Both the position numbers and the translations under genes were made by a program. The notes beneath the pieces were generated by a model, which was not told where the DNA came from, ran no database searches, and saw only the letters and a program-made list of their open reading frames with translations. Below, one piece after another: positions 60,233 through 64,000 of a stretch of 64,000 nt of DNA (the first letter of the stretch is position 1; every line of letters begins with the position of its first letter). This stretch comes from Opitutaceae bacterium (GTDB taxonomy: Bacteria > Verrucomicrobiota > Verrucomicrobiia > Opitutales > Coraliomargaritaceae): positions 480,001 to 544,000 of the forward strand of contig JBPOFY010000002.1 of NCBI GenBank assembly GCA_051252375.1. Direction: 5' to 3'.

Positions 60233-62167
60233 ATGCTTACCGTATCCAAAATCAGTAAAGGCTTCGGCCAAAAAACCCTCTTCACCGACATCTCGCTACG
60301 TTTACTACGAGGCGAGCGGCTGGGGCTGGTGGGCCCCAATGGTGCCGGTAAAACGACTTTATTTTCAATTATCCTGGGCGATGCCGAGCAAGACAGCGGA
60401 TTGATCGAACTGGAGCGCGATATCAAAATCGGCTTTCTCCCGCAGGAAAGCGCCCCGACCGGCGAAGAAACGGTGGCAGAACTCGCGACATCGATCTCAC
60501 CGGAATTTACCAAGATCTACGAGACACTGCGCAAGCATCCGGACCCGAACGATACCGATCGGCTCGATGCGATGGAAAAATTCGTTGAGCTCGATGGCTA
60601 CAACCTTGAAGCCAAGGCCAAACGCATCCTCGCAGGGCTCGCCTTCCGCGCGGAAGACTTCGACATTCCAGCCCACACACTGAGCGGTGGTTGGATCATG
60701 CGTGCACACCTCGCCCGACTATTGGTCATGGAGCCTGACCTGCTCATGCTCGACGAGCCGACCAATCACCTTGATCTCGAAACACTCGGCTGGTTCCAAA
60801 ACCAGCTCACACGCTATTCTGGTGCGATCCTCACCATTTCGCACGACCGTGAATTCCTGAATGCGATCTGCGACGGTATCGTCGAGATTGCCCATGGCCG
60901 CCTCAACCGCTACCACGGCAACTATGAGAAATACTTAACCCAAAAGGCTGACCGCGAGGCGCAGCACCTCGCCGCCTTTAATAATCAGCAACGGGAAATT
61001 GCTCACCTTGAAGACTTCGTGCGCCGCTTTCGCGCTAAAGCCAGCAAGGCCTCGCAAGCGCAAGCCCGCCTCAAGCAGCTCGAAAAGATGGAGCGCATCG
61101 CCGCACCGGAAAGTGACGCCGACACCATTTCGTTCTCGTTTCCGCAACCACAGCGTAGTGGACAACGCATCGCTACACTGGAAAAAGTCGATCAAGCCTA
61201 TGGTGACCATGTCGTTTACACCGACCTGAGCATGCAAATCGAAAAAGGCCAGCGCATCGTCTTGGTCGGCCCCAATGGTTCTGGCAAGTCCACCTTGCTG
61301 AAGATTCTCTCCGGCGCAGTGCCCATTCAAGCCGGCACCAGCGAACTCGGGCACAACGTCAGCGTGGGCTACTTCTCGCAGCAACGCGTGGAGATCCTAA
61401 ACGTGGAGCGCACCGTCCTCGACGAAGCGATGGAAAAGATCGAAACCGGGATGAACGAGCAAAAAGTGCGCGGTATCTTAGGCGCCTTCCTCTTTCGCGG
61501 TGATGATGTCTTCAAAAAAGTCAAAGTGCTCAGCGGTGGCGAAAAAAGCCGCCTCGCACTAGTGAAGCTATTACTGTCTCCACCCAATTTCCTCCTACTC
61601 GACGAGCCGACCACTCACCTCGACATGCCAAGTATTGATGCGCTCATCGGAGCACTCAAAGACTACACCGGCACACTGGTCTTCGTCAGTCACGACGTGC
61701 ACTTCATCCGCGCGATCGCTCAAAGCACCATCCAAATTCAAGCAGGTACGACCACCGTCTATGCAGGCGACTACGACTATTATTTACGTAAGTCTGGTGC
61801 CTCATCCGAGCAAAGTGGCCTCGTCGCAGGTCTCAAAAACGCTCGCCCCGACGGCAGCCCAGTTACCCAGGGCAAAAGCGAAAAAATCAGCGCCAAGGAC
61901 CGCCGACGTCAAGCCGCGGAAGCCCGCAAGAATGCCTCCGGTGGCCGCAAGAGCATTGAAAGCCGTATCGCCAGACTGGAAGCCGAAATTGTCTCGCTGG
62001 AAAGTGACCAAGTCGAGCTCTCCAAACAGCTGGAGAACCCCAGCACCTACAACGACCCCGAGCAGGCAAAAGAGCTAAATATCAAAGCCGCACGCATTTC
62101 CAAACGCCTCGAAGAGAAAAACTACGAGTGGGAAGCTACTGCAGAGGAGCTCAGCAAGCTAACATAA
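60233..62167 (+). CDS. ABC-F family ATP-binding protein
   Basis: Two ABC domains (GPNGAGKT/LSGGW and GPNGSGKS/LSGGEK), no TM segments, C-terminal coiled coil. Confidence 0.95.
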   Translation: MLTVSKISKGFGQKTLFTDISLRLLRGERLGLVGPNGAGKTTLFSIILGDAEQDSGLIELERDIKIGFLPQESAPTGEETVAELATSISPEFTKIYETLRKHPDPNDTDRLDAMEKFVELDGYNLEAKAKRILAGLAFRAEDFDIPAHTLSGGWIMRAHLARLLVMEPDLLMLDEPTNHLDLETLGWFQNQLTRYSGAILTISHDREFLNAICDGIVEIAHGRLNRYHGNYEKYLTQKADREAQHLAAFNNQQREIAHLEDFVRRFRAKASKASQAQARLKQLEKMERIAAPESDADTISFSFPQPQRSGQRIATLEKVDQAYGDHVVYTDLSMQIEKGQRIVLVGPNGSGKSTLLKILSGAVPIQAGTSELGHNVSVGYFSQQRVEILNVERTVLDEAMEKIETGMNEQKVRGILGAFLFRGDDVFKKVKVLSGGEKSRLALVKLLLSPPNFLLLDEPTTHLDMPSIDALIGALKDYTGTLVFVSHDVHFIRAIAQSTIQIQAGTTTVYAGDYDYYLRKSGASSEQSGLVAGLKNARPDGSPVTQGKSEKISAKDRRRQAAEARKNASGGRKSIESRIARLEAEIVSLESDQVELSKQLENPSTYNDPEQAKELNIKAARISKRLEEKNYEWEATAEELSKLT

Positions 62168-62278
62168 ATTCGACTTAGCCCATTAATTGCACCGCTAAAG
62201 CTGGGTTTGCGCTTTACACGCTCGCTTAGGAAAGGGATGCTTCGCGCTTTGTTTCTACAAGCTTTCACATCTAAGCAG

Positions 62279-64000
62279 ATGCCCTTCCCCACTAATTTCA
62301 GAAAACTCTTATTCGCACTGTTAGTAGCCACCTCAGGCGTATTGACCGCGCAGGCTCAAGAAGGCGAAGCCAGCCAAATGAGCTTCAGCAACCTACAGGT
62401 TCAAGCCAACACACTCGTTGAGCGTGGCCAACTGGTAGAAGCGATGCCTCTCCTCAAAGAGCTCATCACTCGGGTCGAGGGCGCTACCGAAACCGGTGCC
62501 GAAAAAATCAAACTTGATTTCCCTATTTTCCTCGTCGGCACGGGCTACATCCAACTCTTCATCAACACTGGCGACAAATCGAACCTCGAACAAACCCTTC
62601 AATGGTATGATAAGCTGGAAAAAGAATTTCCACGCTCACCAAAGATAAAGGATGCCAGTCTGAAAAAGATCGATGTATTCCGCACAGTTGGGCAACACGA
62701 TAAGGCCACGGAATTGATGATCAACATTCTTTCCGGTGCATACGAGTTCCGCCTAACATATTCAGAAAAAGAAAAGATCCTCAAGGATCTCGTCCAAACA
62801 TTCTACGCTACAGGTAAGCTCAAGGAAGGCCTCCCCTACTTTGGACAGTTACTAGAGGAAGCACGCGAGCATGAAGACAGGGCGATGGCGGCAGCAGCCA
62901 GCTTTGAAGCGCTATTTGCAGAAAAACGTTTTGACGATGCCATGCGCCTAGTGCCTTACCTCGCCAAAGAGTCAGAAGCTCGCTACCGACCGCGCTTAAA
63001 TGTCGCACTCCTGAAAGCGAGTGACGAAGTGGTCGCACTTGGTCGTATCAATGATGCCGCGATCTTGCTCAATCTCATCAAGACAACGGACATCATGATC
63101 GAGTATCACGAAGCGCAGTTGGCTGAAGCAGTCGCGAAGAAAGAGCAACGCGTTGCTTTTGGAAATACCGGTGAAGCCATTGACAAGCTCAACCAGCAAA
63201 TCAGCACGCTAGAGACGAACTTAACTCAGCTTCGCAAGCTGCCAACTCTACGCAGTGAACTACTCGTGCGCCGTGCACGAAACTACACACAAACTGGGCG
63301 ACGCTACGAAGCATTCTGGATGTTTAACGACCTCAAAGTCGAGTATCCGGACAGTGAGCAAGTCGAGTTTTACTTCTACGCGACATTTTCGAACGCGCGC
63401 CAGATCGACAAAAAAGAAGACATCCTCAAGATCGGCCGTGAATACCGCTCACGCTTCCCTGACGGCGACTATTATTCCGATGTGACCGCAGTCTTTGCCG
63501 CAGAGCTTAGAATCGCCGGGCTAAATGAAGAGTTTGCGAAGGTTGCGGTCGATTTCCTCGACACCCGCCCAATCGACCCCATTTCAGCCAATCTACTCGC
63601 CCAGTGGGGTGCTTACATGTTTGAACAAGAGGCATTCCCTCAGGTCATCGCTCAATGCCAAAGATGGCTTAAATTACATAGCTCGCCTTCGTTTGAAGAC
63701 GGTCTCCACTACTGGAAAGGCCTCGCCCAGCTACAAACTTTTGAATTCGCAGAGGCGATCAGCAGCTTTCAACAAGTGCTGAGCAAGTTCCCCACCAGCA
63801 TCTACGCCGAAGACGCCATGCTGCGTAAAGGTTCGGCGCAGTTCTACGCCCAAGCGTTCGAAGAATCTCGCGACACACTCCAAGCATACTTGGAGAAATA
63901 CCCCAGTGGCAGTGGTCGCGACCAGGCCTACTTCTTCCTTGGTGAAATTGAATTCCTAGCAGAGGACTTCCAACTCTCGCTCCAGCATTTCCAACAAGCC
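62279..64000 (+). CDS. Secreted tetratricopeptide-repeat protein; runs off the window end
   Basis: Not in the ORF track because no stop lies in the window. MPFPTNFRKLLFALLVATSGVLTAQA signal; TPR-like ...LSKFPTSIYAEDAMLRKG...LEKYPSGSGRDQAYFFLG. In-frame ATG also at 62237. I translated only the two ends by hand. Confidence 0.82.
   Translation, partial: MPFPTNFRKLLFALLVATSGVLTAQAQEGEASQMSFSNLQVQANTLVERGQLVEAMPLLKELITRVEGATETGAEKIKLDFPIFLVGTGYIQLFINTGDKSNLEQTLQWYDKLEKEFPRSPKIKDASLKKIDVFRTVGQHDKATELMINILSGAYEFRLTYSEKEKILKDLVQTFYATGKLKEGLPYFGQLLEEAREHEDRAMAAAASFEALFAEKRFDDAMRLVPYLAKESEARYRPRLNVALLKASDEVVALGRINDAAILLNLIKTTDIMIEYHEAQLAEAVAKKEQRVAFGNTGEAIDKLNQQISTLETNLTQLRKLPTLRSELLVRRARNYTQTGRRYEAFWMFNDLKVEYPDSEQVEFYFYATFSNARQIDKKEDILKIGREYRSRFPDGDYYSDVTAVFAAELRIAGLNEEFAKVAVDFLDTRPIDPISANLLAQWGAYMFEQEAFPQVIAQCQRWLKLHSSPSFEDGLHYWKGLAQLQTFEFAEAISSFQQVLSKFPTSIYAEDAMLRKGSAQFYAQAFEESRDTLQAYLEKYPSGSGRDQAYFFLGEIEFLAEDFQLSLQHFQQA

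Noticed and set aside
62393..63782. Short ORFs listed at the window end
   Set aside because: Off-frame or antisense to the TPR gene that runs off the window.

Overview
Bacterial chromosomal window, probably from a Verrucomicrobiota (Opitutae/Coraliomargarita-like) genome; this is inferred from the gene set, the short Rho paralogue and an H-X9-DG protein. It begins inside an alternative complex III operon (actB truncated, actA, a small Tat-like ORF, a CcoI-like P1B ATPase). It then carries a Phd/PIN toxin-antitoxin pair, uvrB, a GxxExxY gene, oppABC, rpiB, clpP, dinB and an ~11 kb copper-efflux cluster (Cys/His-rich leader ORF, cusCBA, cytochrome c-HMBD lipoprotein, DUF3347, copA). Further on are pdxA, lpxA, a GH95-like glycosidase, rarA, comEC, rho, mutM, cimA, apaG with a beta-CASP nuclease, an orphan ParA with a partner, recN, an ABC-F protein and a truncated TPR protein. 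I saw no rRNA, tRNA, CRISPR array, integrase or transposase. Intergenic DNA is dense with palindromic repeats: several GTAG/GGAG REP-doublet families and short-period repeats. Best candidates for undescribed biology: (1) a GxxExxY nuclease gene bounded by 19-bp inverted repeats, with related empty and cargo-bearing elements; (2) a Cys-rich upstream ORF plus a three-way-junction RNA heading a copper operon with no regulator gene; (3) an orphan ParA whose partner carries a MinD-type membrane anchor; (4) a long structured leader ahead of an atypical rho. All family assignments come from motif recognition by eye; no searches were run.
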